63,944 nucleotides of DNA, filler included, from Octopus bimaculoides (GCF_001194135.2; 5 parts of 5 records of this genome joined end to end with filler, not necessarily neighbours in it), one strand, 5' to 3'. Counted from the whole stretch's first letter, positions 13,125 through 28,010 are shown. The notes: generated from the letters alone by a model not told the origin. Translations and numbers: made by a program.

Positions 13125-13961
13125 AAGAAAAATAAGAAAATAGAGATAAATCAATAATTATATTTGTTAATTACAAAAATTGACATAATCCCCGACAACT
13201 GTTTCAATTCAGACTTTAAAAATTAGTTAAAATAATTAAATCCTTATAAAGTTGAATCTCGTCGGAGGTAAAAAAAGATATACCATTACATTTTTATATT
13301 TTTATGTGTTAAGTATATGGAGCATTTAGGCTAACTGAGTATTGTTTTAGAGAAAAAATTTGGTATAGACCTTATAAAGGGGGGGAAAGGTATATTTAGA
13401 GAAGTAAATATAAAAAAAAATAATATAATATGCTTTGGGTAAACATTAAAAGTATAAAGAAAAGTAGTATACAGTAATAAACATTATATTTAAGTATCAA
13501 ATTAATATAAGGATAAATATATTATAATTTATATATTACTCAAATTTTTATAAATATATTTACCCTTATATTAATTTGATACTTAAACATATGGTTTATT
13601 ACTATATATTACATTTCTTTATACTTTTAATGTTTACTCAAAGCATATTATATTATTTTTTTTTTATATTTACTTCTCTAAATATACTACCTTTCCCCCC
13701 TTTCTAAGGTCTATACCAAATTTTTTCTCTTAAACAATAACTCAGTTAGCCAAAATGCTCCATACACCTAACACATAAAAATATAAAAATGTAATGGTAT
13801 ATCTTTTTTCTACTTCTGACGAGATTCAACTTTATAATGATTTAATTATTTTAATTAATTTTTAAAGTCTGAAGTGAAACAGCTGTTGGGGATTATGTCT
13901 ATCTTTGTAATTAATAAATATAATTATTAATTGATTTATCTCTATTTTTTTTATTTTTCTT
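13125..13961. repeat. Long inverted repeat (foldback), ~400-bp arms with a ~29-nt loop
   Basis: 13125-13523 is the reverse complement of 13553-13961 along its whole length, roughly 85-90% identical by eye (e.g. gacataatccccgacaactgtttc / gaaacagctgttggggattatgtc). Confidence 0.9.
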
Positions 13962-14429
13962 ATATATATATNNNNNNNNNNNNNNNNNNNNNNNNNNNNN
14001 NNNNNNNNNNNNNNNNNNNNNNNNNNNNNNNNNNNNNNNNNNNNNNNNNNNNNNNNNNNNNNNNNNNNNNNNNNNNNNNNNNNNNNNNNNNNNNNNNNNN
14101 NNNNNNNNNNNNNNNNNNNNNNNNNNNNNNNNNNNNNNNNNNNNNNNNNNNNNNNNNNNNNNNNNNNNNNNNNNNNNNNNNNNNNNNNNNNNNNNNNNNN
14201 NNNNNNNNNNNNNNNNNNNNNNNNNNNNNNNNNNNNNNNNNNNNNNNNNNNNNNNNNNNNNNNNNNNNNNNNNNNNNNNNNNNNNNNNNNNNNNNNNNNN
14301 NNNNNNNNNNNNNNNNNNNNNNNNNNNNNNNNNNNNNNNNNNNNNNNNNNNNNNNNNNNNNNNNNNNNNNNNNNNNNNNNNNNNNNNNNNNNNNNNNNNN
14401 NNNNNNNNNNNNNNNNNNNNNNNNNNNNN

Positions 14430-14464
<35 letters not shown>

Positions 14465-15190
14465 TTATCTTCACATCTGCATTTAGCTACTTTAGCTTGG
14501 CTCGTATATCAGTGTATGTCTATATTCCAATATGAAAACTTTCCCAGGGATGTGATCTGCCTGAAGAATATATAGTTAAGTAGCAGTTTATTATGATCTT
14601 TATGCAAATGGCATTCCTGAGAAATTTTCCCCTATATAATTATAATTATTTAAAATTACTAAATCTATGAATGAAAGTTTTTCACTCAAAATGTTTACTC
14701 TCTCAGTTATTCTAAAGCTTGGTTGACACAAGTAAAATTATGCATCACTGAAGAGGTATACTAAAACTGAAACACGTCTAGAGTTGCCACTGTACTTACC
14801 AATGATCAAACCCATTCCCTACTGCATGCTTTCCCTCCATTCAGTTTTTAATGTATTCCGATTTTGTGGTTGTCATTGACTTTTTTGACAAGGATTATCA
14901 TGATGAGCCTAACATAAATTGATTGAAATTTTTTGTTGAATCATTACAAAATGTAATGATCCAACAAAAAATTTCAATCAATTAGTGCCCATTTTGCTAT
15001 ATAAATGTTGGTCTACAGTAGTTGTTCTTTTGGAAATAATTAGGTAATTTATATACTCAGCAGCTCATATTTCCAGTACACACCCTAAGCTGCAGATTAA
15101 TTGCTGTATTAGATTTGAGTTAACTACCTTCAAACACTTTGTACATGTCTACATGCATGCTCTTGTAGATATGCACAGACAGTGTAATAG

Positions 15191-15546
15191 GCACAGCTGT
15201 GACTATTTGGTTTAGAAGCTTGCTTTCCAATCAGATAGTTTGGGGTTTAGTTTCACTGCATGGCACTTTGGACAAGTGTTTTCTACTATACATAGCCTTG
15301 TGTTAACCAAAACATAGTGAATGAATTTGGTAGATGGAAACTGAAAGAAGCCTTTTGTGTGTGTGTGTGTGTGTGTTACCCTCACTGTTGGAAAACCAAT
15401 GTTGGCTTGTTTCCATCTCCATAACTTAGTGGTTTGGCAAGGGATTGATAGTATACATACCAGACCTGTTCAACTAGAACTCTTGATAGCAGTACCCCCA
15501 GCATGATTGCAGTCCAATGACTGAATCAAATCAAAGATAAAAGATA
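15191..15546 (+). mobile_element. SINE family A, diverged full copy
   Basis: Head, ggacaagtgttttctactata, gatggaaactgaaagaagcc, (TG)n and ccagcatgattgcagtccaatgactgaa tail. Confidence 0.8.
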
Positions 15547-16252
15547 CACAGCAAAGAAGAACAAAGAGGAATTTCAGCTGCATCAACCATTCTACCTTAC
15601 AGAATTATTTCCTTGGGCACAATGCTATTGTTCCAGTTTGGCAGAGGGGAGTTACACAATCCAGGAATTCAGGACAATGAAGGTCTCAACAGTAGCTGGT
15701 ATGAAAAGGAAGCTGTTAATGATGTTATGCTTAGTCATTTTCATTTTCCACTCCTCTAATGTTTGGGGAAAGAAATTGAAAAATGCGACCACTAATTACT
15801 CTTTAAACAATTAAATCAGCAAGCTCATATCTCTCTAAATGAGTGTTTTGTTTTGTTTTTCTGTATATTCCTTTATTTTGATACAAAGTTATTGCTAAGC
15901 TCCAGAGTTAACCTTGGTCAAGCAGACAGATAATCCATGAGATTCCAACCATGTCTATCTTGTCTTTTCAGTCATAGGCTATATTATCTCAGGCTATATT
16001 ATCCAACATTGCCTTTCTTTTTTAACTGTTTTGCTATGAAAATATTCACTGGTAGCATATAATTTAAGAGACCTTTGGCTTCTATTTCTAGCAATTTGAA
16101 TGACCACATAGAGCTTTCTTTATTGGCTATTGATTTAGTGTAATAACTTAGTGATTTCTTAGGGATACCAATCTTTCTTTCTACCAATTGTCTTATCTTT
16201 TAATGTTAGGTTTTTAAAGCTCAAACTTGTGTAATCACACACACACAGACAC

Positions 16253-16344
<92 letters not shown>

Positions 16345-17469
16345 AAACCGTTTTCTCTGTTCAAATTTATTTTTCTAAAATTATTTCTTTTACTTAATGT
16401 AAACATCGATGTAAATTGATGTTGAATTTTACCAAAAGTATCATTATACTTGGCTAATAACTACCCATTTTCTACTACTACTACTACTATTATGATGATG
16501 ATGATGATGATGGAAGTAATTTGCCTCTTATTATCTCATTAACTTGAATTTTTGTTACTAAATGATTCCTGTATCCGGAGGAACAGAGCTGCATTTACAA
16601 GTAAAGGCATGCATCCATTTAACAAACACTTGACCTAAAACTAGTGTCATACATGCCAAAATATCACATTAGCTATAAATATACATTACTAATTTGACCC
16701 AACCTCACTTAAACAATGAGATGTTCAGTGGGCATACTTCTTTCGTCAACGGAACGGTGTCATTGTGGACTACTTGTGTAAAGGACTGTTTTGTTCTGGA
16801 TTAGGAACTTGTAGGAGTAAATTTGCAAAACAGTTAGCAACAGTAACAAGCACTCACTGTCTTTACTGAAGGGATTGGTAGCAAGGAGTTTTGGTCTATT
16901 CTCTCTAAAATAAGGTAAGTTTTATTCATATGAGAATATAAACCTATAAGTATTTATTATTATTTTCTTTACGACCTGTTTTGTGTGTATTTTTTCTCTT
17001 TTCCACTCCTTCCATTGTAATAAATTATATAATTCAAGTCTTTTTACTATGAAATAGTCTATCAATTTGTATGTTTGTTAATAGTTGTTTGTTTAGCCAT
17101 CTATTTATTCTTCATCTATCTATCCACGTATCCACTGTATAACTATCTATTTATCCATCCAGCTACCTATCAATCCAACTATCTATTTCTATTAATATCT
17201 ATTCATCTGTCTTATCTGCTTTTTCCTTTATATATCTCCCTATCTAGTAAGCTGATCTCAGTGATTGTATCTGTCTAGTGATGTTGATATCTCTGTTTCC
17301 ATTCCCGATGGGTGGTAGGTGGTATATACAAATATACAAGTGTGTGTTTGTATGCAGATCTCTGCATGCATACATATGTATGTGTATAAGTATGTATAAA
17401 TCAATAATGTTATTCCTAACTACTTAACAAATATTTCAAGATGACCTTGTAGCTAAGGTATTCTCCTAT

Positions 17470-17760
17470 AAGTTCCCTTTGCCCCTAATCTTTTGGATTA
17501 GAAATTTCTTGTCAAACTACTCTATTGTTGTATGTATTGATAGAGCTGTCTCTGAGCAACACACTTTCATCTCTGATGTACCCCAACATTCAATTATCTC
17601 TTACACATTCCTCCTCTTGTATATACTTTTTACCTATTTCCTGTAACCTCTAACCACATTAACTCCCTTACAGATGATACCACTTGTCACTCTTCCCTAA
17701 ACTTCTGTGCACAAGTGTTGTTTGCAGACCACCTAGACATCTTATATCAGACATGCATTG
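17470..17760 (+). pseudogene. Highly decayed CR1/Jockey-like LINE reverse transcriptase fragment
   Basis: Translation gives FLSNYSIVVCIDRAVSEQHTFISDVPQHSIISYTFLLLYIL...INSLTDDTT, which matches the S.FLSNR..V.VDG..S.....SGVPQGS.L.P.LF...I.D...ADD pattern. Confidence 0.55.
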
Positions 17761-18097
17761 ATTCCATAAACAGACCTAGTAAAGCCATCTACCAACAGAA
17801 ATATAGTGTCCCACTCCTTCTTAAAATCACAAAGATGCAATCACAACAATGATCATATTCTTACATTATATTCTCTTTGTACAAGAAAGAATAACACTTA
17901 ACTAAAGCCTTCAGAATTGCAATAAATTCCGCATCGTTAATTAATGATCACCCCACATTTATATCATTACAAAGACTACAGCTCAAGGATTATTATTTTT
18001 ATAATTATGTAATTATTACATGCTATGTAATATTATATAACTATTACATGCTATATTAAGATTCTTGCGATTTGAGGAAACATTATATGTATATTAT

Positions 18098-18432
18098 AAA
18101 GGGTAAAGACCCCGTTTGGTAATGAATGACCACAGGATTGCACCTAGAAAGTTCTTTTCTGGGGCACAAGTCTGGGCAAAGTTGTTTATGGAAGACCAGC
18201 AGTCACCCATGCATACCAACCTCTACTCTCTATACCACCAGTGTTATCCAAGGGAAAGGCAAAAGCCAATACAGCTTGGCACCAGTGATGTCACAACGTA
18301 TTTCTACAACTGAGTGAAATGGGTCACTGTGAAATAGTGTCTTTTTCAAGAACATAGCTCACAGCCTTCTCTGGGAATCAAATTCACTACCTCATGATTG
18401 TGAGCCTGATGCTTTAACCACTGAGTCGTGCA
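18098..18432 (-). mobile_element. tRNA-derived SINE, family C
   Basis: Minus strand has a tRNA head (gactcagtggttaaag..gaatttgattccc), a CORE-like tgttcttgaaaaagacactatttcac block and a tail ending gtctttacccttt; homologous to 47820-48036 and 25781-25895. Confidence 0.8.
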
Positions 18433-18469
18433 TATTGTATATTATATGACAAATATATATTATATGGTT

Positions 18470-18594
18470 CCACATGGTTCTGGGTTCAGTCCCACTGCGT
18501 AGCACCTTAGGCAAGTGTCTTCTACTATAGCCTCAGGCCAACCAAAGCCTTGTGAGTGGATTTGGTAGATGGAAACTGAAAGAAGCCCGTCATA

Positions 18595-18639
<45 letters not shown>

Positions 18640-18856
18640 ATATGTTTGTGTGTCTGTGTTTGTCCCCCCAACATCGCTTGACAACCGATGCTAGTGTGTT
18701 TACGTCCCTGTAACTTAGCAGTTCGGCAAAAGAGACCAATAGAATATGTACTAGGCTTACAAAGAATATGTCCTGGGGTCGATTAGCTTGACTAAAAAGG
18801 CGGTGCTCCAGCATGGCCACAGTCAAATGACTGAAACAAGTAAAAGAGTAAAGAGT
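18470..18856 (+). mobile_element. SINE family A (A-box truncated)
   Basis: Collinear with 8244-8624 from ccacatggttctgggttcagtcccactg to the aatgactgaaacaagtaaaaga tail. Confidence 0.9.
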
Positions 18857-18859
18857 ATA

Positions 18860-19130
18860 TATAACAAACATCAAGACAATGTCCTCAGGTTTTGGCAACA
18901 ACAAGTCTCCACAAATCTCAAGGATTTTTTTTTTTTTTTGATTTTTGTAGAATATAGGATTGTACTTTTCTGCTGGTCAACAATACGTGTTTCAATTTCA
19001 ACATTCTTCAGTTTCTTAGGTAGTAGTTTCGGTTTTGTACTGAGTGCACAGGAATAATTGTCATCTTAGTCTTCCACAATCTCTTCATCTTTCTGGCTAG
19101 TTCCTGATCTTTATCTATTTTTTGTTTTCA
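18860..19130 (-). mobile_element. 3' fragment of an RLE-type non-LTR retrotransposon
   Basis: Minus translation QELARKMKRLWKTKMTIIPV resembles the RLE C-terminal L..E..RLW....V.P.V motif; followed by a ccttgagatttgtggagacttgttg 3' end. Confidence 0.5.
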
Positions 19131-19141
19131 GTTTTTATTTA

Positions 19142-19260
19142 GGCAGTGAGCTGACAGAATCATTAACATACTGGACAAAATGCTTGGTGGCATTTCATCC
19201 ATGTTTATGCTCTGAGTTCAAATTCTGCCACACTCAACTTCCATCCTTTCAGAGTCGATG
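19142..19260 (+). mobile_element. tRNA-derived SINE, family D (5' part)
   Basis: gagctgacagaatcattaac, B-box gagttcaaattc and catcctttcagagtcgat; same family as 35700-36590. Confidence 0.8.
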
Positions 19261-20639
19261 TTGAACTTTGACAGAAAAACTTAATTCATCATTACATATG
19301 TCAGAATGTAACATTTTTGTAAAAAAATATTCTGTCAAACTGATCTTGATTATACTTTAATATACTAAAAGCATCAACATAACCGATGGTTTCACCTAAA
19401 ACATGAATGATTTTAAAATCATTGATATTCATTTAAATTTAAATATACTTTGTAATCAGCATACTTCCTTAATTCAATCTTTCACTCTTAAGCAATCACT
19501 GATGCACTGTTCACACCTTTTACAGACATGGGGTTATAATTTCTGTTCCTTTGATTATAGGGAGTTCATTCTCAACCTCCTTTTTTTTTTCTTTTGTTAT
19601 TCTGGAACTAGGCTTGCTGAACAAATTTTATTTTTAACTGCGCTCAATCTAAAGTTTTAGAATTGTAACTTTTACTGCTGGTAAATTGTTAGAGACATAG
19701 CAATACGACACTCCAAAATGTCTGCACCAATTAATTCAAAATTATAAGGGCTGTTAACTAAAATAAGCTTGAAGTGCTGTATTTTTTTTCATTTGTTTTT
19801 AATCTCCAAAATCAAGCAAAGCTGTTGTAGTACCAACTAACACCAAATCTGAACCCTCATAAAAAGTTAAATATCTGTTAATTTGATGACTAATGATAAA
19901 ATTATAAGTAGCAAAGCTAGGACAATGGGACATGCTACAATGGCATTTGAACTAGATATCTATTCAGTTTACTATTAATTCGATGTAGAGTATCACTTGT
20001 TGCACAATTAACATTTAAAGCTACTTCCCCTTTCATCAGGCTCATACACTAAAGATTATAGTTATAGAAAGATTTGGTGAAATTCAGTAGTTTTAATGTG
20101 TAGAATTTGCTGAAATAGCCTAATTTATCATTTTTAAAGCATTTTCCCCATATCCAGAACAGATTACAGAAGGATTTTGAAGATCTATAATTGCTACAAT
20201 TTTTAACCTGACTCACTGAGTTACTTGTTTATTAGATTCTTCTTGTTAAGTTTCTAGTAATTCTTACATCTAATGACATCTTCTAACATCCTGACCCTGT
20301 CATGCAGCTAGATTCTGCTGATATAGTTCAAGAGGGTACTGTTGATGCTCTGCAAATCCATTTTAAACTAGGCCACATTTTAAACAGTGGTGCATGCTTC
20401 TTGAAAGCCATTAACAGATGGTGTATATTTCATGGCACCACTTGGGGTCACACAATTTGTATGATATCCCAACATCTGTGACAATGAAACAAGGCTGCTT
20501 CTATAGTTACGTTACTTGTAAGAGTATGCAAAAGATGTAGCATATGTAGGAGCAGTTATGATTCTCCAGTCCCTGTGTAACTGAATCCCTTCTTGCAGAG
20601 TCACATCATTGAAGTCACAGTCTTCATTGATCACTGATG

Positions 20640-22211
<1,572 letters not shown>

Positions 22212-22790
22212 TGATTGTAAATGCATGAAGTTGATCTGACTTGTGCTGGCAAGTGATCTTATTCAAGAATAAAACCACATGAGCTGTCCTGCACAGGGAT
22301 ATAGTTTAGGTAAATAAACAGTACTTGCACTAAAGCAGTTGACATAAATATACACCAAACGTTATCTCACACTGAGTGCTGACCTCAGTCGGTGCGATTC
22401 CTGTCACCGTGTGCAGACAACCGAATGAATCACTGCCGTAAACTGGTTAAAGCAGTTGATGTAAATATATGCTGAACCATTGTCATGCACTAATTGCTGA
22501 TCTCATCTGAGATGATTACCATCAATGCAATCTAGTTGCTTGAAAAAAAGAAACCATTGTCATGGGGTTGAAATCCTATTGGGATATTTTCCAGGACAAA
22601 AAAGAAAAAAGAAACCTTTGATGTAATTCAGTGATAAAATTATTTTATATCTGTTTAGTATCACCTAAAACTGAAATCAGTTCCACTTATTCCTTAGAGA
22701 CTGACATGGTTGGATAACTGGATAGCCTAATAACAGCAAATGGATCAGATGCAAGGCATGAAATGAATTAAGTGCAGTAATATTCATCAG

Positions 22791-23029
22791 CCTCTTTTGC
22801 TGAATTGCTAAATTATAGGGATGTAAACACACCAACACTGATTGTCAAGCAGTGGTGGGATACACACATATGTATGTATATGACGGACTTCTTTCAGTTT
22901 CCATCTACCGAATCCACTCTCAAGGCTTTGGTCAGCCCAAGGTTATGGTAGGAGACACTTTCCCAAGTGCCACACAGTGGGACTGAACCTGCAACCATGT
23001 GGTTGGAAAGCAAGCTCCTTACCACACAG
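22791..23029 (-). mobile_element. SINE family A
   Basis: Reverse complement head cacacagtgggactgaacctgcaaccatgtggttggaaagcaagc plus internal blocks. Confidence 0.85.
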
Positions 23030-23294
23030 TAATAATTAAAGAAAAGGTTGAGAATATCTAGTTTTGACTGTTGAGATAAGTGACTGAATAAACAGTGGGC
23101 AGGGTTGATCCTTATTATCAGTGACTAGTAATGAGTAAAATGTTTACGATATGGAAGTAATGAGATTGGCTTAGAAAACAAAGGGTAAAGCAGGATTCAT
23201 TATACCATACATGGAAATCTATTATGACGTATCAGCTTATATGTTCTGTTACTTCAATTAGTTTTACTTAATAATAGTTTTAATCATAATATCT

Positions 23295-23640
23295 GCAAAT
23301 TAGCAGGATTGTTAGCAATCAGGTCAAAATGCATAGCAGCATTTGGTCTGATTCAAATACCACTGAGGTCAACTTTGCCTTTCATCCTTTCAGGGATGAT
23401 GGAATAAGTACCAGTTGAGCACTGGAGTCTATGTAATCTCTCCCCACAAAATTTCAGTCCTTGGGCCCATAGAAAAGATTCTTACTACTCATGATGAGTT
23501 CAAATTCTACCATGGTCACCTTTGCTTTCTGCCCTACAGCTGATAAAATAAAATACCAGCCAAAGGCTCGGGTTTATCTAATTGACTAACCCCCTTTTCC
23601 CCAAGTTTGTGGCCTTGTGCCCATCTCAGAAACAATCATT
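23295..23640 (+). mobile_element. Two tandem diverged SINE family D copies
   Basis: gaggtcaactttgcctttcatcctttcagggatgatggaataagtaccag, then a second gagttcaaattc..ctttgctttc..gataaaataaataccag. Confidence 0.7.
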
Positions 23641-23781
23641 GCGACTGACCTTTCATTATACCTATTCTATAGATTTGCTTCCCATAGATAGATAGATTTT
23701 AGATACTTGGATAAGATTCTAAATCATTTGAAAAATACATATACACAGGAGAAAGAAACTTCTGTGTAAAAAAAACAAAAC

Positions 23782-23822
<41 letters not shown>

Positions 23823-25139
23823 AACTATCCTCACTTTTAATTTCTTACCTCCTTGTATCTTTTATTTTGCTCCCACCACTACTTCAGACCTTCTTGAATA
23901 TATTTATGCATAAATGATGTTTTAATATATTTGTGTTTAGATCATAATTTCTTTTAAAATTTATTACATATATATTTTTACTATATTTATTTATAGATTT
24001 TTTAAAAATGTCTATGTATTTATATATTTTTCATGTATTATGTATATACTTGTTCTTTAAATTCATCTGAAATTGGCGTCATGTTTATGGATTAAATTAC
24101 CTGGTCTTAGGTTTCTTCATATTATATATTTTTATCTTTTGTCTCAAGTTCCTCTTGAGCACTTCTAAGTGCAAACCTTAACTTTGTGAGCGAATTTCTG
24201 ATTAATCATATTCTTTCTCAAAACATATATATATATCTATTCTATAAAAGGCAAATCTACTCTGTGTATGTGTATGTTTAAAATTAATACATTTACACAA
24301 TTCAAAATTTCTTCAATTAAACAATCGCAATTAATATTCTAAATACAATAAGTTAGGTCACTGCGTCATTTTTTCACTCCAAAAATTTTCTAATAATGAA
24401 TAAAATCCGTAAAACTACAGGAGTAAACATTTTCTCCCGAATAAAATCTAATTTCCTCTTTCTAATACAAATCCTTTCAACTCCTACTTTCTCTTAATGA
24501 GCCTTTACAAAAAATCAAACAACAAATACAAAAATAAAGGAAGGAGAAAAAGAAAACTATTTCAGTATCAAATCACATTTCGATACTGTAATGACAGATA
24601 CTAAAAGTACATACAAAATTACTTTGCCCCTCTAAAATTAACTATTTCTATTCCTCTTACACATCGTTTCAATTGCTACTTTCTCTTATCAACGTTTACG
24701 AATGATCCAAGAAAAAAGACAAAGAAATGAAGGAGATTGAGAGTCAAATAAACAGACACACTGCCAATCATACGTAAATACAGACATATATATGTACCTA
24801 TGGTTACCAATGACCTCATTCTAATTGGCGGGAATTATAAGTTTACTTTCCATTTCTAACACCGTCATTTACCAGCGAGACATCTTTCTCAAATACGATC
24901 AACAAACATTTATTCCCTACAAACTGTGAGTTTTTTTTGAAAATCTTTTCGTAAATCTTGAGACAAACACCCGCATCATTACCTACCTAACCCTAACACT
25001 GTAGTGAAAATCGTACGGGTGTTAATCTGAAAATTTAACAATCTTTTTTAAAACACTTTTACTTACTAACATCTTTTTTATTTAGTGTGTATATTGCTCA
25101 TATATATATACACTTAAGACTTAGTTGTGGGTTTTCACT

Positions 25140-25215
25140 AGGGTGTTAGGGTTACGGTTTTAGGGTTACGATGAGGGTTAGTCTTATGGTTACGGTTTTC
25201 GGGTTAGGGTTACGT
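25140..25215 (+). repeat. Degenerate TTAGGG-like interstitial repeat
   Basis: ttagggttacggtt ttagggttacgatg agggttag ... ttcgggttagggttac; the opposite-orientation cctaaccctaac lies near 24986. Confidence 0.7.
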
Positions 25216-25698
25216 AATCGTGCGGATGTTAATCTGAAAAATCACCGAAATGTGAAAACTACCGACCCTCCCATCTGTTATAACTTTTGTTGTTCTGTTT
25301 AATATGTACATAGATTATGCCTCTGTTTAAAAAGACAGCAACAGACTGCAGCAATTCACCACATTCCAGAAGTTACTTTGAACATAATGCAAAACGGTGC
25401 ATCATTATCTACTGCCCAATCTGATAGAATTCTGGCAGAACTGTGTAGCAACACATTGCCAGCAATTGCTTCATCAGAAATTGCCGTCCTACCTCCTGCG
25501 AAAAGGAATTACCCTGCTATGTGTANNNNNNNNNNNNNNNNNNNNNNNNNNNNNNNNNNNNNNNNNNNNNNNNNNNNNNNNNNNNNNNNNNNNNNNNNNN
25601 NNNNNNNNNNNNNNNNNNNNNNNNNNNNNNNNNNNNNNNNNNNNNNNNNNNNNNNNNNNNNNNNNNNNNNNNNNNNNNNNNNNNNNNNNNNNNNNNNN

Positions 25699-25775
<77 letters not shown>

Positions 25776-25780
25776 CATAT

Positions 25781-25895
25781 AAAGGGTAAAGACCCCCTTT
25801 GGTCATGAATGATCATGGGATTCCACCTAGAAACTTCCCTTCCAAGGTACAAGTCAGGCCAAGGTTGTTTATGAAAGACCAGCAGTCGTCCATTG
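25781..25895 (-). mobile_element. SINE family C, 3' tail
   Basis: aaagggtaaagacccc..ggtcatgaatgatcatggga..aaggttgtttatgaaagaccagcagtc matches 18098-18215. Confidence 0.8.
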
Positions 25896-27690
25896 CATCT
25901 AATTCCTTTTATGCCTAATTTTTCTCTCAAAACACTAACAATCCATCCCATATGTACACTGAAATTGCACATCCAGCAGAGCATACCAACTTCATTCCTC
26001 TCTAGTCTTTGCATGTCCTTTGCATTCAGGGCTCATATCTCCCTATCACATTGCATTGCAGTTCATACACATGCTTCATACAATCTTCCTTTGATTGCTA
26101 ACAAAGGTAAAAGTTCTCTGAACTTCTTCCATTCTATTCTTATTCTGACAGTTACACTTTCAGTACATCCTCCTCTCCTGCTAATTAAGTCACCTAGGTA
26201 GCAGAAATTACCCTCTACTTCTAGAGAGCCTCTGAGACATTTGAGGAAATGAGTTTCCTGTGTATCTGTATTCTTTATGGCCCCTGTGCATCATCCACAT
26301 AAAAACACTACTTTCTCTGTTAACTTTCCTGTGATTCCAGTGTACCTCTTGTGACTCCATAGCTTGCACCGGGTACACTGAATGGAATTCCTGCCTATGC
26401 TTTTCCTGGAATTTCTATTCTAGTTCTTGTACAGATTCTGCAATGAAGGCAACATCCTCAGCATACAGTAGTTCCCATGGACTTCCAGCCTTAAATTACT
26501 CTGTTATAACCTGGAAGGCAATGGTGAATAGGAGGGGACTGAGGACTGAGCCTTGGTGAACACCTACCTGTCCACTAAAATATGTCACTGTACTCATGAC
26601 TAACTCTTGCCTTGCCAGCAGCACCCCTTTACATGGCCTGTTTGCTTTCACAAGCCATTTGTCTACTCCTAGCTTCCTCAGAGACCACTTCTCTTGCAGG
26701 TGCCTCAATGTGAAAGTAGCATCAGTAGTGTTTCTCTCCAGAACAAAGCCAAACTGCATTTCATTTAGTCTAATTTTGTTCCTAATTAATTGGGCTTATA
26801 ATGCTCTCCATACCTTTCATCATCTGGTCCAGTAATTTGTTGCTTCTATAATTACTTCTATCTAAGGCATCTCCTTTACCTTTGTAGCAACTGACCAGAT
26901 GGTACACCAGGTACTGGGGATTAAGCCTTCTTGATTAACCTGCTTAACTATACTGGTAACTAGACTATATTTTACTCTTCCAGATGTTTTAAGCATCTCA
27001 GCAATGACGCCTGATGGATAAGAGACTTTCCTTGTCTTCATATCTTTAATTGCCTTATCTATTATTCTACTGTCAGCTCGTATAGCTGTTGGGTTTACGT
27101 AGGGGAAACTCCTTTTCTCCCATTCATTCTACACATTTAATAGCTTTTCATAGTAGCTCTTCTATGCCTCATTCTTTTCAGGACCACTAAGGACAGGCAT
27201 ACCATCATCCATTGCTACACATTTCTCTCCCACAACATCTCAGTTCTCTCGAGCATTCTGTCTAGCAATCCGGAACACCTCAAGTCTCCGATTTTCATGC
27301 TGTAAGACACTGGCAAACCCCTTCCTTTCTGCTTCTGCCTTAGCTAGATAGACCTAATGCCTAGCTTCGCTTTCAGCTATATAATATGGTTCTTTGCTAT
27401 CCCTACTTTTCCACTATTTTATGGCCCTGTCAACTCCATTGTCCCACCACCATGTCACCTCTGGTATGACAGAAGCTTTGCTTCAACCACAGATTTGGTC
27501 TGTTGTCTGCAAAAACTTCCAGTTGTCCTCTGTGTTATGTGTCTTTATCTCTTCCTCCTTCTCAACAAAAGCTCCATAAAGAACATCACTAAATCTCTGC
27601 CTGTTTGCAGGATCCTTGAGCTTCCATAATTTTTTTCCATATCAGTTTGTGTCTCTGGATCTTTCTAGCCTTAAGTCTAAAGTCACTGAC
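25896..27690 (-). pseudogene. Decayed RTE-clade LINE ORF (reverse transcriptase region)
   Basis: Minus-strand motifs VVSDFRLK, IWKLKDP, TWWW, LRKLGVDKWLVKA, GVHQGSVLSPLLF, PWELLYAED, LRWMCN-like MLCWMCN, LREKLGIKGIRC; stops and frameshifts. Confidence 0.9.
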
Positions 27691-27859
27691 CACTAAACTC
27701 TACATACATATATGCATGCATGCATTTCTATACACACACACATAGATGTATGTATATGTGTATATATATGTATATATATTTGTGTGTGTATATATATATA
27801 TATGTATGTATATATATATATATTTATGTGTATATATGTGTGTGTGTGTGTGTGTGTGT

Positions 27860-28010
27860 GAGTGGTTGGCGTTAGGAAGGGCATCCAGCAGTAGAAACTC
27901 TGCCAAATCAGATTGGAGCCTGGTGTAGCCATCTGGTTCACTAGTCCTCCGTCAAATCGTCCAACCCATGTTAGCATGGAAAGTGGACGTTAAACGATGA
28001 TGATGATGAT
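27860..28010 (+). mobile_element. Short retroposon 3' end (RTE-associated tail ending in (GAT)n)
   Basis: gagtggttggcgttaggaagggcatccagc..catggaaagtggacgttaaacgatgatgatg; reverse-complement homolog at 31449-31600. Confidence 0.75.

Noticed and set aside
13020-13961. AT-rich block as a mitochondrial rRNA or control-region numt
   Set aside because: I recognised no conserved 12S/16S motifs, and the palindromic structure explains it better; a BLASTN against the mitogenome would settle this.
14707-15698. Plus-strand exon candidates 14707-14755 (YSKAWLTQVKLCITEE) and 15603-15698
   Set aside because: Splice signals are plausible, but they cannot be joined in an open frame and no homology is recognised.
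15999-16187. 62-aa minus-strand ORF
   Set aside because: No recognisable domain or clear splice sites; the length is compatible with chance.
16741-16914. Exon ending at the strong donor AAG|gtaagt
   Set aside because: All frames from the nearby acceptors contain stops; could only be UTR, and this is unsupported.
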